Shown piece after piece: positions 32,807 through 44,200 of a stretch of DNA of 64,000 nt; the first letter of the stretch is position 1, and the number at the start of each line of letters is the position of its first letter. The position numbers and the translations under genes were made by a program. The DNA is from an uncultured Planctomycetota bacterium (GTDB taxonomy: Bacteria; Planctomycetota; Planctomycetia; Isosphaerales; Isosphaeraceae). The notes under the pieces are model-generated. The model worked only from the letters and a program-made list of their open reading frames with translations. It made no database searches and was not told the DNA's origin. Location: assembly GCA_963845755.1 (NCBI GenBank), contig CAWJTV010000036.1, forward strand, positions 160,001-224,000. Direction: 5' to 3'.

Positions 32807-34033
32807 ATGCGCGAAGCGATGCCGCAGTACGTCAAACGCGTCCAGGAGCTAGCCGAACACGTCCGTGGGAACGAGCAGGCCACGAAGCAGAGCCTCGTCG
32901 GACCGCTGTTCACCATCCTGGGATACGACCTGACCGACCCTCGGGAGTGCATCCCCGAGTATCGGGTCGATTTCGGGCCGAACCGCTCGATCAAGCCCAT
33001 CGACTGGGCGTTCCTCCAAAGTGGACACCCGATCTTCTTCGTCGAGGCGAAGGAGGTCGGCAAGAAGCTCGCGAACTATGACGAGCAACTGGCCGACTAC
33101 TTCGCGAAGGCCCCCGAGGCCCGGCTGGGAATCCTCACCAACGGCGTGCAATGGCGATTCTTCACGGACGTCGTCAACCCGAACATCATGGACAAGGAGC
33201 CGTTCGTCAAATGGGACGTGCTGGCCGACGAGCCGCCCCCGTTCGATTTCCTGACGCTCCTTCAGAAATCCCAGTTCAATACGCCGCTGATCCGAACGTT
33301 TGCCGAGCGCAAGCGGGCCCAGAACCTCCTCGTCGCCGAATTGAACCGTCTTCTGGAGCCGGCCAGTGAATTCGTGAAGCTCGCGATCGCTAACATCGAG
33401 ACGCGACGGCTAAACGACAAGGTCATCGAGGACTGGAAGCCGGTGCTCGCCAACGCGATCAGCGAATGGGCGCGGCAGCGGACCCTGACCGCGGTCCTGG
33501 ACAACCCAACCCGGACCGATTCGAAATCCTCAGCCGAGTCGACGGGCGGAGGGAAAATCGAGACGACCCAGGAGGAGCTCGCCGCTTACGAGGTGATTCG
33601 CCGCCTCCTGGGCCCGCAACGACCCGTCGCCTATGAGGACACGGTCTCCTACTTCAAAATCCACCTGGCGGAGCGGTATACCTGGGTGATGTGCCGCCTC
33701 TACCTGAACCGCAAGCGGCCCTCCGTCTGGGTGCCCTTGCCTCTGGAACAGGTGCAGGCAGTTGCTCCGGAGTTAATGTTGAACACCCCCCAGGCCGGAT
33801 GGAGCTGCATCACACTGACCGCGACCGGGGAAATCGAACGGCTGGGCGACGTGCTGTGCGCGGCGTGGGACTCCCAGAAGGCGATCCATTCCCGGAAGCC
33901 GGAGGATGCCGAGTCGGAATCCTCAGGAGTGGACGGGAACGGGTCATCCAACGAAGCGTCACTGGACATCTCCTCCTGGTGTGTCCGATTCGGGCGAGCG
34001 AGCCTCCGAGACATTCAAAGTCTAGGAGATTAG
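32807..34033 (+). CDS. Standalone type I restriction enzyme HsdR N-terminal-domain nuclease
   Basis: NEQATK...LGYD...PEY...IDW...VEAK...QLADYF...GILTNG (PD-(D/E)xK with QxxxY); no helicase domain. Confidence 0.85.
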   Translation: MREAMPQYVKRVQELAEHVRGNEQATKQSLVGPLFTILGYDLTDPRECIPEYRVDFGPNRSIKPIDWAFLQSGHPIFFVEAKEVGKKLANYDEQLADYFAKAPEARLGILTNGVQWRFFTDVVNPNIMDKEPFVKWDVLADEPPPFDFLTLLQKSQFNTPLIRTFAERKRAQNLLVAELNRLLEPASEFVKLAIANIETRRLNDKVIEDWKPVLANAISEWARQRTLTAVLDNPTRTDSKSSAESTGGGKIETTQEELAAYEVIRRLLGPQRPVAYEDTVSYFKIHLAERYTWVMCRLYLNRKRPSVWVPLPLEQVQAVAPELMLNTPQAGWSCITLTATGEIERLGDVLCAAWDSQKAIHSRKPEDAESESSGVDGNGSSNEASLDISSWCVRFGRASLRDIQSLGD

Positions 34034-34137
34034 TCGTCCGGAGTTGCGGACTGGCTTTCGAAGCGATCAACTTAAGAAGATACCTAGGATAGATGACCAA
34101 CATGTGAACGGCCAGCCATTTTCGGGAGACAATAGTC

Positions 34138-34671
34138 ATGGGAATTCAGGTCACAGATAGTTACGACATCCGGGAGCGTGCAGCAGCTCTTGGTTTGGCT
34201 GAGCCGATCGGCATTGTATTCCTCCCGTCAAACTTCGGCGAAGCGAGGAAACCGGAGGAATTCGTTTACGAAAGCAGCCTTCCCGACCTGCGATTGCTCC
34301 TACGGGAAGCTGGTGTGGAGGCCAGCAGGCTAGGTCCGGTCGAAGCGAAGCCGAAGCTCATTAAGGAAAATGCGTTTGACTGGACTCTTCCCACACTATT
34401 TATCGGCGGCTCGATTGCTCTTTACAGATCAAATCCCGAACTAATCAAGGTTATCATTAGAAAATTATACAAGCATTCACGAATTGTATTCATGGGGGTA
34501 ACAGGACAAACTCGGATTAAATGGGACATCGTCATCGAAGAGTCACGGGCGAAGAAGACCAAGAAGATCTCATTCGACGGGCCAGCCGAGGAATTGGAGA
34601 AGGTCCAAGAATTTCTAGAGAAGATTCTCGGCGAGGGCACACTGACAAGTGAGACGGAGGAAGGCCGATGA
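34138..34671 (+). CDS. Hypothetical protein (lower GC)
   Basis: 177-aa ORF with a hydrophobic WTLPTLFIGG segment; overlaps the next gene (ATGA). Confidence 0.75.
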   Translation: MGIQVTDSYDIRERAAALGLAEPIGIVFLPSNFGEARKPEEFVYESSLPDLRLLLREAGVEASRLGPVEAKPKLIKENAFDWTLPTLFIGGSIALYRSNPELIKVIIRKLYKHSRIVFMGVTGQTRIKWDIVIEESRAKKTKKISFDGPAEELEKVQEFLEKILGEGTLTSETEEGR

Positions 34672-35359
34672 TGTTGGAGCCCGACGACGACCTTCAACGG
34701 GAACTTGGAAGGGCAATCGAGGAGTGCCAGAAGTTTCTTTTCATCACACGCGGGATAGAGTTCCAGGAACAAGCGAATGCCGACCTCAAGACACTATTGG
34801 AGAGAATTCGCAATTTCAAAAGGTCAGCAATCGATGAGGGTTCAGAAGAACGAGCGAACTCTTTTCTTTTTTATGAATTTATTATACAATCTTTTTTTGA
34901 ATTATTAAATATGTGGATTCAGATCAAGTACGACGAGATGGATCAAGCTTGGGACTCTTTGGTCAACGCTCAGATGGCGGTCAGGCATGCACTTCTCGTC
35001 AGAGAAGACGACCAACTTCATAAATTGAATAATAGATTACATCTCATCGAAGATGCGATATTTCCTAGACCAATGTTTATGAAGTTCCGGTTATACTGTT
35101 GAATCTGCGGAGTGTTCAATCTGCGGTCAAGAATATGGAGAATGTGGTCACATCAAAGGTAGGGTTTATCTTGGAAGCATGTGTACCTGCATAATTAAAA
35201 AATGCTCATTTCATGATATTTCGATTGTTAGATGATCCAGCCGACAAGCATTGTCGTGTGCTCTCTTTCGGCGACAGGGGTTTACTGAGAAACTTCATGA
35301 CTTGGCGTCCGCTGTCTGACACGCCAAATGGAGAAGATGTGCCTCCGGTCCATCTCTAG
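34668..35359 (+). CDS. Hypothetical protein with C-terminal Cys/His-rich domain, frameshifted near 35082 and 35229
   Basis: ORF 34668-35102 continues as SSGYTVESAECSICGQEYGECGHIKGRVYLGSMC...DISIV-DDPADKHCRV...FMTW to TAG at 35359. Confidence 0.7.
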
Positions 35360-35741
35360 GACTAAGGGCAGGGTCAAACAGCTCAGGAGAGGGTCAAAGG
35401 GGTCAGGAGCCGAAACCGACGGGTAAACTAGACCGACAGATCACTAATGGGACACCACCGGAAGTCCGATCGATCCGGGTTATTATTTCGTCATGAGGTC
35501 CTCTCGGCCTGACTGGCCAAGATCCGCCGACCAATGCGGTGACCTAGTTCAACCGGGGAAACTGGTCAGTTTCCAATCCAGAACCTTAGCGGCCTCTAAG
35601 GGAGGTCGGGGTCAGACCACAAGGAGGTCGGAAGAGGTCGCGAGTTATTCACCGGAGGGCAGGCCACAGCCCAAAGACTATTTCCGTTCCCCTTTTTTTC
35701 CAAGAAAGATTCTGACTGCCGACTCTTCATCTTAATCTATT

Positions 35742-36830
35742 CTATCTGCTCTCCTCCTCACGGTTCCGAAGCCGTCCCTGCTCAATTATGCTCACCAGTT
35801 CCCTCTGCGATTTCTTATATTTTCTTATTAAACTATTATAGGTTCTTGCTTGCGATTTCATCAAGAACGCTTGTCGTTTGTCCTTGGGCAATCGCTTCAT
35901 CACCTCACCCGTTTTTTCCTCCGAGATTCTAAAATCTACATATATATTAATTTCGATCTCTTCGCCGCTTATCTTATAACTTTTCCTTTGCCGCTCCCCA
36001 TCGACCTCCGTCACCAGTTGAGAAACTCTCTGTGCCCACTTGCCTGACAACGGATGTACAACGCCGTCAACTTCCACAGAGAGGTTGCCCGCGTCTCTAA
36101 GGAAGAGGAGGAGCTTCGCGGCAAAGTCAGGCGTGAAATCGAGAGATTTGACAGTTATATTTATCTGCTTCTCTTTGGGCTGAGTCAGGGTGAACCTTCT
36201 ATTGCCCTTAACCAGATGGACCGTTCTCTTTGATGACAAATTGTAGTTCTTCGTTGGTATGTGATTCTCGAGCATAACAACGGCGAGTAGCCCATCAAGT
36301 CGCGAGGATTCCGGCTCTGACGGATCGATTACCATAAAGCCGATACTCAGGAGTAGGCCCTCGCCGACATCCATTTTCGGGGTTACCGAGAGTTTCCCCG
36401 ACCCCAGAATCCTGGATACCTGCTTCCTTCTGGTTTCGAGTTCCTCGGTTTCCTTTAGCATCCGCTTTGCCGCCTCCTCGGCGTCTCTCTTAATTCGGAT
36501 CGCCATATGTTCAGTCGATTCATACACCAGTGTTGTTGCACCGTCGTTGTCTACGAATATGAGCGCCTGAGGGTCTATCCCGCTGGGGATTTTCTTCAAT
36601 CGGAGGAACCAGGTTGCTCTCAGGTAGGCGACGAAACTGTTTTGCGAGTTGACCGTTCCCTTGATCGTGATCGAGTCAAATGAATTCTCGTATTTTGTTT
36701 CCGTGCACTCGTACTTGGCTGTTGCCGGAGCCTTGAGCAGCCTATCAATGTACTTCTTGGCGAACCTCACGGCATCATCCTCGATGTCCCCGGCACACGA
36801 AGTGACAGCGAGCAACAAGCTGAGCAGCAT
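35742..36830 (-). CDS. Hypothetical protein with lipoprotein-like signal (lower GC)
   Basis: 362 aa; starts MLLSLLLAVTSC; GAGGAG RBS. Confidence 0.7.
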   Translation of the reverse strand: MLLSLLLAVTSCAGDIEDDAVRFAKKYIDRLLKAPATAKYECTETKYENSFDSITIKGTVNSQNSFVAYLRATWFLRLKKIPSGIDPQALIFVDNDGATTLVYESTEHMAIRIKRDAEEAAKRMLKETEELETRRKQVSRILGSGKLSVTPKMDVGEGLLLSIGFMVIDPSEPESSRLDGLLAVVMLENHIPTKNYNLSSKRTVHLVKGNRRFTLTQPKEKQINITVKSLDFTPDFAAKLLLFLRDAGNLSVEVDGVVHPLSGKWAQRVSQLVTEVDGERQRKSYKISGEEIEINIYVDFRISEEKTGEVMKRLPKDKRQAFLMKSQARTYNSLIRKYKKSQRELVSIIEQGRLRNREEESR

Positions 36831-36974
36831 GGCTGAAGCTCCTCATTCCGTGCAATCATGGTGGTCGCCAAGAAACTGGGTGAAAGGATATCACGCCAGC
36901 ATTCAGCAAGTCAATATGTAGGAAAAAACAGGTGTGCAGGAAACGGGGACGCAGCTAGTTCTTGGTGAGAAAAG

Positions 36975-38255
36975 TGGCCTGCTCCCCATTTCTTGGTCCA
37001 GTGATAATGGGAATCACCTGTTCGTTGATTCAGTAGACGAGGGATCGGGCGGGTCTTCATCGATAGGCACATACCTCACACAAGTGGCCGCGAATTCGGC
37101 CGGTGTCTGATATCCCAGGGAACTGTGCGGGCGTTCGGTATTGTACTCCTCCATCCAGAGGCGCCCAACGCCCTGGCCTGCGGTTCGCTCTCGAATTCCT
37201 CGCGGTTCAGGAACTCGTCACGGACCTTGCTATGAAACGACTCCGCATAACCGTTCTGCCAGGGGCTCCCCGGCGCCACGGGCCAGGTCCCGGAGCCGGT
37301 GTCCTCCAGCCACGACCGCACCACCTCGGCAACGAACTCCGGCCCGTTGTCGCTTCGCATCCGGCACGGCGGGCCGCCGCGACCGGCCGCGACTTCGGCC
37401 AGGATGACCCGGATGTCCTCGGCCGTCATACCCCGGCGCGGCTCCAAGGCCAAGCATTCTCGAGTATATTCATCAACAATACTCAGCCATTTGAGACTTC
37501 GACCGTCACTGGTACGGTCGAAGATAAAGTCCCATGTCCATACGTCGTTTTTCCCGCGCGGGCCGGAGGTGGCAGGCATTCTCGTCCTGCCCATGAGCCC
37601 GGCGCGGCTTGGGATTGGCCCGCGGTTGGGCCACTTTCAGCCCCAACTCGCGATAGAGTCGACGCACGGCCTTCTTGTTGACCGTCCAGCCCTCGCGATC
37701 CAGCAAGGCCCAGATCCGCCGGTAGCCGAACCGCGGTCGGGCCCCGGCCAGTTCCTCGATGCGTCGAGCCAGCGCCACCTGCTCATCGCGAACGACCGGC
37801 GCGTAGCGAAGGCCGGACCGGGCCAGGTCCAGCCCCGCGACGCCGGCGTTGAGATACGTGGAATTCTTCACATAATTCTTTGACGATCATGCGGCGTCTG
37901 GGGGCAGTCATGGCTTTTTTTTCAAGGCCTCCTGGAGCATGCGGCGGTCCAGCGCCAGCTCGGCGACCAGGAGCTTGAGGCGATCGATTTCGGCTTCGAG
38001 TTCTGAAATGTGAAATTGTTCACGCGATATAGGTTCCTCCTGGAGAGCCTTCCAGCGGTAGTAGGTCGTCGGTCCGATGCCGGCCTTGCGGCAGGCCTGG
38101 TGGAGGGTCAAGCCGGCGTCGAGGTCGGCTTGGAAGTCTCGAAGGATGGATGCAATCTGGTCCGGACTCGGTCGTTTTCGCATGGGTCGCTCCCTGGCTC
38201 TGTGCCAGTTGTACGATCCCCATTAAGACTGGACCAGGTTTTGGGGGGCAGGCCA
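36975..38255 (-). mobile_element. IS3-family insertion sequence, copy 2 (near-identical to copy 1, inverted)
   Basis: Same IRs, orfA (37908-38183) and DDE orfB. Flanked by an AAG direct repeat. Confidence 0.95.
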
Positions 38256-38409
38256 AAGCAGGAAACGAGGACGCGGGTAGTTTTCCAGCCCCGGGGAGAC
38301 TCAGGTCAGGGAAAACCCGGAATCAAACTTTGATTCCTGTTTTTTCCGGCACCCGGGGGTCGTGGTGCCCAACTTTTTCCCCTACGATGCAACCTGCTAC
38401 CACGGGTGG

Positions 38410-38790
38410 GGGGAATCAAAGGGGTCAGGAGCCAAAAAAGGGGAATCAAAGGGGTCAGGGGGAATCAAAGGGGTCAGGAGCCAAAAAAGGGGAATCAAAG
38501 GGGTCAGGGGAATCAAAGGGGTCAGGGGAATCAAAGGGGTCAGGAGCCAAAACACGAAATCGGCTCCTGACCCCTTTGATTCTGCTCAAAACACGAAATC
38601 GGCTCCTGACCCCTTTGATTCTGCTGACCCCTTTGATTCTGAGAAATCGGCTCCTGACCCCTTTGATTCTGCCTGACCCCTTTGATTCTGAGGGGGAAAA
38701 GGGGACATAACGAATATCGATAGATGTCCGAAACGAACGGCAATGTCTTCTAACAGTCGATATTCGTTATGTCCCCTTTCCCCCCCCCCG
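38410..38790. repeat. Cluster of GAATCAAAGGGGTCAG repeats (6 forward, 5 reverse) plus a 23-bp GGGGACATAACG inverted repeat
   Basis: Central perfect 21-bp IR GAATCAAAGGGGTCAGGAGCC-13 nt-GGCTCCTGACCCCTTTGATTC (38528-38582). Second IR AAAGGGGACATAACGAATATCGA/TCGATATTCGTTATGTCCCCTTT. Confidence 0.85.
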
Positions 38791-39208
38791 AGACAAACAA
38801 AAAAAGCGGATGCTTGAAACGGCCCGAGAAGCTCTGACTGTCTCTTGCATTGATAAGGAGTTCGGGCCCAATCCACTGTTTAAGCCCTGCATCAGTTGCA
38901 CTAAGGGCGTGAATTCCATTTCTTACAACTTCCGACGGCTACGGCGGTTCAATCAGCCTTGGGCAGGTGAGCTATTGACGAAGTTCTCGGGGAGTCTGAG
39001 TCGGGCGGCGTTTGAACACGACTTCGGGATGACGGAGCAACAAGCGGAAACGCAGTAGGAGGGGGAAAGGGGACATAACGTAGGGGGGAAAGGGGACAGG
39101 GGGCACAAAGGGGACATCGCTAAATCACCCTGCGGGTTAGGCGATCTGTGAGGGGTCAAAGAGGTCAGACCTCTTTGGGGTACCGAGATGATGAATACGA
39201 GTAACTGA

Positions 39209-39658
39209 TTGAAGGCACTGTGGAAAACGTTGAGATTTCCGAAGATGCCTCAGATGAAGAAGACGATGACTGAGAAAAGGCAACCATCCTGGCTAAGGTC
39301 CATCGCTGAAGCTGCCAAGAAGCGGGGGGTTCCGCTTCCGCCGTTCACCGGACACGAGATGGGTCATGTGCGGACCGAGAGAACGGCAAGCGGCCGATTC
39401 ATCACGATCAAGCGGCGATTTGTGTCCGCAACCGAAGCCGCAAACGATGGAGTCGAGGTGACGCTTTGGCGGACGCAGGACGATGTTCCGCTCCCCGTAG
39501 TCACCTTTCGCGAGCCGTTGCACCCCAATCAGGGGCGGATCGCTGATGTGTTGTCCATCCTCAAACACTGGCTTGTTAACGAAGTGACACTCGATGAAGC
39601 GATATCGACTGTCGGAAAGCGCGACCACGTTCACGTTCCGAAGATCGGCAGGGCGTAA
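39209..39658 (+). CDS. Hypothetical protein flanked by 39-bp direct repeats
   Basis: 149-aa ORF (true start may be internal). Repeats at 39110-39148 and 39696-39734. Confidence 0.55.
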   Translation: MKALWKTLRFPKMPQMKKTMTEKRQPSWLRSIAEAAKKRGVPLPPFTGHEMGHVRTERTASGRFITIKRRFVSATEAANDGVEVTLWRTQDDVPLPVVTFREPLHPNQGRIADVLSILKHWLVNEVTLDEAISTVGKRDHVHVPKIGRA

Positions 39659-39892
39659 TGGGGGGCGTAATGGGGACATCGCTAGGGGGCGTAATGGGGA
39701 CATCGCTAAATCACCCTGCGGGTTGGGCAATCTGGGAAGGCGTTCGTCTCTCCCGATGGAGCGACCCCCGCCCCGATCGACTCTGCGATCACCGTCAGCG
39801 CCGAGAGGCCCTCAGGCAAGAAGGGGACGCCGACCAAGAGGGGCTTTCATTAATAAATCGATATTATCATTAAGATATGATAATAATTAATT

Positions 39893-40294
39893 TCATCCGC
39901 TGGGTTTCTTCTCAACTCCACTCAGTTTCCTCGCAATGAGATCAGCATTCTGTTGAGACTGCGATGCGAATTCTCTTGCGTGCGGAATAATCAACTCTTC
40001 ACAGGATTCGGGCCCGATGACGACCTGCATGAGATCCTTGACAATCAGGCCGTTCTCGAGGGCAATGTCTCCCAAAGCGTGAATCCGGGAATCCTTCACC
40101 TGGACGTCGAACGAAAGATCGACGACCTGCTCGCCGATCGAGTACTCCGCATAGGCCCGAAATGGGAATGCGTCATTATGGCTGTGGCCTGCTGTCATTC
40201 TCGCCCCAGGCATCGTGGCCTGAAGGGAGCGCAGGATCGAGCCGAACGCATCACTGAGGATCGACCAAATCGTCCTTCTCGTCTCATCAGTCAT
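39893..40294 (-). CDS. Putative immunity protein
   Basis: MTDETRRTIWSILSDAF...; ATGA overlap with the upstream toxin-like ORF. Confidence 0.55.
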   Translation of the reverse strand: MTDETRRTIWSILSDAFGSILRSLQATMPGARMTAGHSHNDAFPFRAYAEYSIGEQVVDLSFDVQVKDSRIHALGDIALENGLIVKDLMQVVIGPESCEELIIPHAREFASQSQQNADLIARKLSGVEKKPSG

Positions 40295-40780
40295 TTTGGC
40301 CTCCTCATCACGTCGACGACGGCATCCATGATCGCCTGTGTCAGCGGGTGGGTCTGTCCAGTTCCCCGCGTGGCAGCCCATTCGTCGATCAACACAGGGT
40401 CGAGCGGACCAATGGAAACATGTCCTGGCGGCGGAGCATCGGGCTTGGCGACGAGCGGGGGTTTCAGTTTTCTGATATCGATCACTTGTGCCTTGCCGCT
40501 TGGAGGAGTCGCCGCTTCCAGATTGTCGAACGTCGATAGGCCAGTCCTGTCGATGCCCGGGCGAGGTGTGAGATTGTCCGGTTTGGCTGAGCCCCCTCGG
40601 TAGACCAGCAGTGGGGCGGTTTCCCCGGCCTCCATTCCGCCCGCACTGGTCGCGGCAGACTCGCTGCCGCCGTAGGAGCCTGCATTGGCGATACCCGTAT
40701 CAGCTCCGGACGCACTCGTTCCCACCCCGTCCTCCCCACACCGACGCCGTCCTCCCCCGGATCCGGCGCAGTGGCACCAC
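40291..40780 (-). pseudogene. Orphan polymorphic-toxin C-terminal domain-like fragment
   Basis: Gly/Ala/Ser linker then VYRGG...LTPRP...GLSTF...GHVSI. No convincing start or delivery domain. Confidence 0.5.
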
Positions 40781-41233
40781 CCCACTATCCCTTTGCCCAG
40801 TCTAGCAGACCTGGCTGTTTTGAGAAACCATCGAGCATCAGAATCAAATGGGCCCAAAGGGGGCCCAAAGGGGAGGGCCACCCACGCGGGAGCGTGGGAA
40901 CGAGAATCAGCCCTTTCCCTCCCCTACGTTTATCACGAATTCCACGGTATTGGGTTAGGGGGGGCTTCGACCGAGGCCTTCGAGAGGGTGCAAGCCAACT
41001 GTGAGGCGCTCTCGTTGACTCGCGCGACCCCCCGATCCGAGGGTGGCGGAGGGGAAAGCCGAGACCCCTCGCCGAGGACCCGGGCCAACCCCCTTGTCTC
41101 TTGAAGAGGGGGCAGACGGGCCGCGGCCCCTGGGAGCTCACGCTTCCGTAACGGGTGGTCATCGGAGAGGAGTCTCGATAATCGTCACAGTCGAGGAGTC
41201 GCAACGTAGACGGTTATGCGGAGGGATTCGACG

Positions 41234-44200
41234 ATGGATGAACCGAAGCGCTGCCGTGGATGCGGGCAAGCGCGGCCCGTCAATGCGCCGGGGGAGCTCT
41301 GCCCGATCTGTCTGCTGCGGACCGGCGGGGGGGGCATGGCCATCGAGGAGAGCCGGCCGGATCGAGACGACCTCCTGGTCACGTTCGGCTCGGAGTCCTC
41401 GAGCATCCTGGACACCCTGCGCCAGACATTGGGCCGAGTGCCGCAGGTGCACCTCCACGGGGGCGACTCGGAAGCCAGGCCGTTTTCGTCGCCCGCCCCA
41501 CGCCATGACGAGCTGCCCGCGCCGGGCGATCCGGATCGCCCCCGGCGGTTGCAGCTCTTCGGCGTGATCGGCCGCGGCGGGATGGGAGTGGTCCTCAAGG
41601 GGCATGATGCCGATCTGGGGCGCGACCTGGCCGTCAAAGTGCTGCGTGAGCAGTACCGCGACCAGCCCGACATGGTCCGTCGGTTCATCGAGGAGGCGCA
41701 GATCGGCGGACAGCTCCAGCATCCGGGGGTCGTCCCGGTCTACGAGCTGGGGGCCCTCGCCGATCGACGGCCCTACTTCGCGATGAAGCTGATCCGGGGC
41801 CGCACTCTGGCCGAAGTGCTCGCCGACCGCGACGAGCCGGCCGACGATCATCCCCGGCTCCTGGAGATCTTCGAATCGGTCTGCCAGACGATGGCCTACG
41901 CGCATGCGCGGGGCGTGATCCATCGCGACCTGAAGCCGTCGAACATCATGGTCGGTCGCTTCGGAGAGGTGCAGGTGATGGACTGGGGTCTGGCCAAGGT
42001 CCTGAGCCCGGAGGACGCGGCCGGAGACGAGGAAGGGCTGGTGGTCCGCGGCGAGCCGCACGAGGAGACGGTAACCACCGCACGGAGCGGGGATGACAGC
42101 GAACTCTCGCTCCCGGGAAGCGTAATGGGGACCCCGGCGTACATGGCGCCGGAGCAGGCCCGCGGCGAGGTCGATGCGCTGGATGAGCGGGCCGACGTCT
42201 TCGCCCTGGGGTCGATCCTCTGCGAGATCCTGACGGGCGCGCCGGCATTCGTGGGTCCAAACCCGGTGGAGATCGAGCAGCGGTCCGCGCGGGGCGAGGT
42301 CGGCGGGGCACAGGAACGACTTGCCGTCTGCGGGGCCGATGCGGAGCTGGTCGAACTGGCCCGGGAATGTGTGGCCGCCGAGGTGCCCTACCGGCCGCGC
42401 GACGCCCAGGTTGTGGCGCGGCGGATCGGCGCCTACCGGATCGGCGTGCAGGATCGGCTGCACGCCGCCGAGCTCGCCCGGGTCGAGGCGCAGGCCCGCG
42501 CCGATGTGGACCGTCGTCATCGTCGGCTGGCGGTGGCCCTCGCCGCCTCCGTCGTGGCGCTGGTCGTCTGCGGAGGCGGCGGGGTGGCCGCGATCGTGTA
42601 TCAACGTCAGGCCCGGCTCGCCCAGGTCAACCTCGCCTTGAAGGAAGCCGAGCTGCTCCGCGACCAGGCGGCGGCCGATCCCAATGGCGACCTCGCCCGG
42701 TGGCAGGCGGCGCGTGTCGCGTTGCAGCGACTGCATGACCAGAAGGCCGCCGCGGGGCCGGCGACGATCGTCCGTGCGCGGATCGAGGCCCTGGAAGACG
42801 AGATCGAGCGCGGCGCGAGGGCGGCCACGGTCGACCGCAACCTGGTCGACCGGCTCGAGGAGATCCGCGGTGGGATGGTCGCCGACGACAAGGCTGACGC
42901 CGCCTTCGTCGAGGCATTCCGGGCCGCCGGGCTGGACGTGATGTCTCCGGCCTTCGAACCGGCGGCGATCGGCCGACGGTTGGCCGGACGGCCCCGAGCG
43001 ATCACGGTCGCCGCGGCCGCTGCCCTCGACACCTGGGCCGTCGTCCGCGGCGCCCTTGCGCGATCGGGTGATACCGGCGGGCGATCGGCTGCCCGCCGCC
43101 TGTTCGCCATCGCCCGCGTCGCCGACCCCGACCCCTGGCGTGATGCCCTCCGCGACGCCCTGGCTGCCGACGACCCCCAGCCGTTGCTCCGCCAGCTTGC
43201 TCAGGCCCCGGACCTCGATCGTCAGGCGCCCGTCGGCCTCTGGCTGCTCGGTCATGGTCTCGAGATGGCCGGCGATCACGATCGTGCCCTCGACGTCTTG
43301 CGACGGGCCCTCCGCAGGCACCCCGGCGACTACTGGCTCAACACCGAGCTGGGCTTGTCCTTGCTCGAAGGGACCCGGTCGGGCCTCGGGGTGACCAGTA
43401 TCTGGATCACCAGCCGGGGCATGTCCGACGCACGGTTTCAGCGCCGAGCCCTATGTCCAGGCGGCCGTGGCCCTCCGTCCTCAGTTTGGCTCGGCGCATC
43501 TCCTGCTGGCCACCGTCTGCCTCAACCTGGGGAAATGGGACGAGACGTTTCACGAGCTCCACGAGGCGCTGCGGCTCCAGCCCGGGGATCCGACGATCTA
43601 CAACTGCCTCGGCCTGGCCCTCGCCGCCCAGGGCAAGCCGGACGAGGCGGCCGATGCGCTCCGCGAGGCCATCCGGCTGTTGCCCCGATATAACCTGGCC
43701 CGGGCGAATCTCGGCGACCTCCTGCTGAGCCAGGGGAAGCTGGATGATGCCGTGGTCGAGTTCCGGGAGGCGATCCGGATTGTGCCCGATTCGGCCCCCG
43801 TCCACGCGAGGCTCGGCCTGTGCCTGGCGACGCAGCGGAAGCTCGATGAGGCGGTCAACGAATACCGGGAGGCGATCCGGATCGCGCCCCAGTTCGCCCT
43901 CGCCCACGCCAATCTTGCCGCGACCCTGCGCCAGCGCGGCGACTTCGACGGCGCGAAGGCCGAGTTCCAGACGGCTTCCGAGTTGTACTCCGACCCCCAA
44001 TGGCAGGCGAGCATTCGCCAGGAGCTGGCCCGCACCGAGCGGCGGGCCGCCCTTGCCCCGCGACTCGGCGCCGTGCTCCGAGGCGACGTCCGTACCGCGG
44101 ACGCCGCCGAGACGCTCGAATTCGCCTATCTCGCCCACGATCAGCAGCGGTTCGCCGGCGCGTCCCGACTCTTCGACCGGGCGTTCGAGATCCAGCCCGG

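Noticed and set aside
28194..38255. Composite transposon formed by the two inverted IS3 copies
   Set aside because: Each copy has its own flanking direct repeat (GGG for copy 1, AAG for copy 2) and the outer flanks do not match, which indicates independent insertions.
38410..38690. CRISPR array
   Set aside because: Spacers are very short, non-unique and irregular, repeat orientation flips midway, and no cas genes are seen.
38150..38876. ORFs with repetitive peptides (GESKGSG, NRLLTPLIL)
   Set aside because: They are translations of the DNA repeat cluster, not credible proteins.
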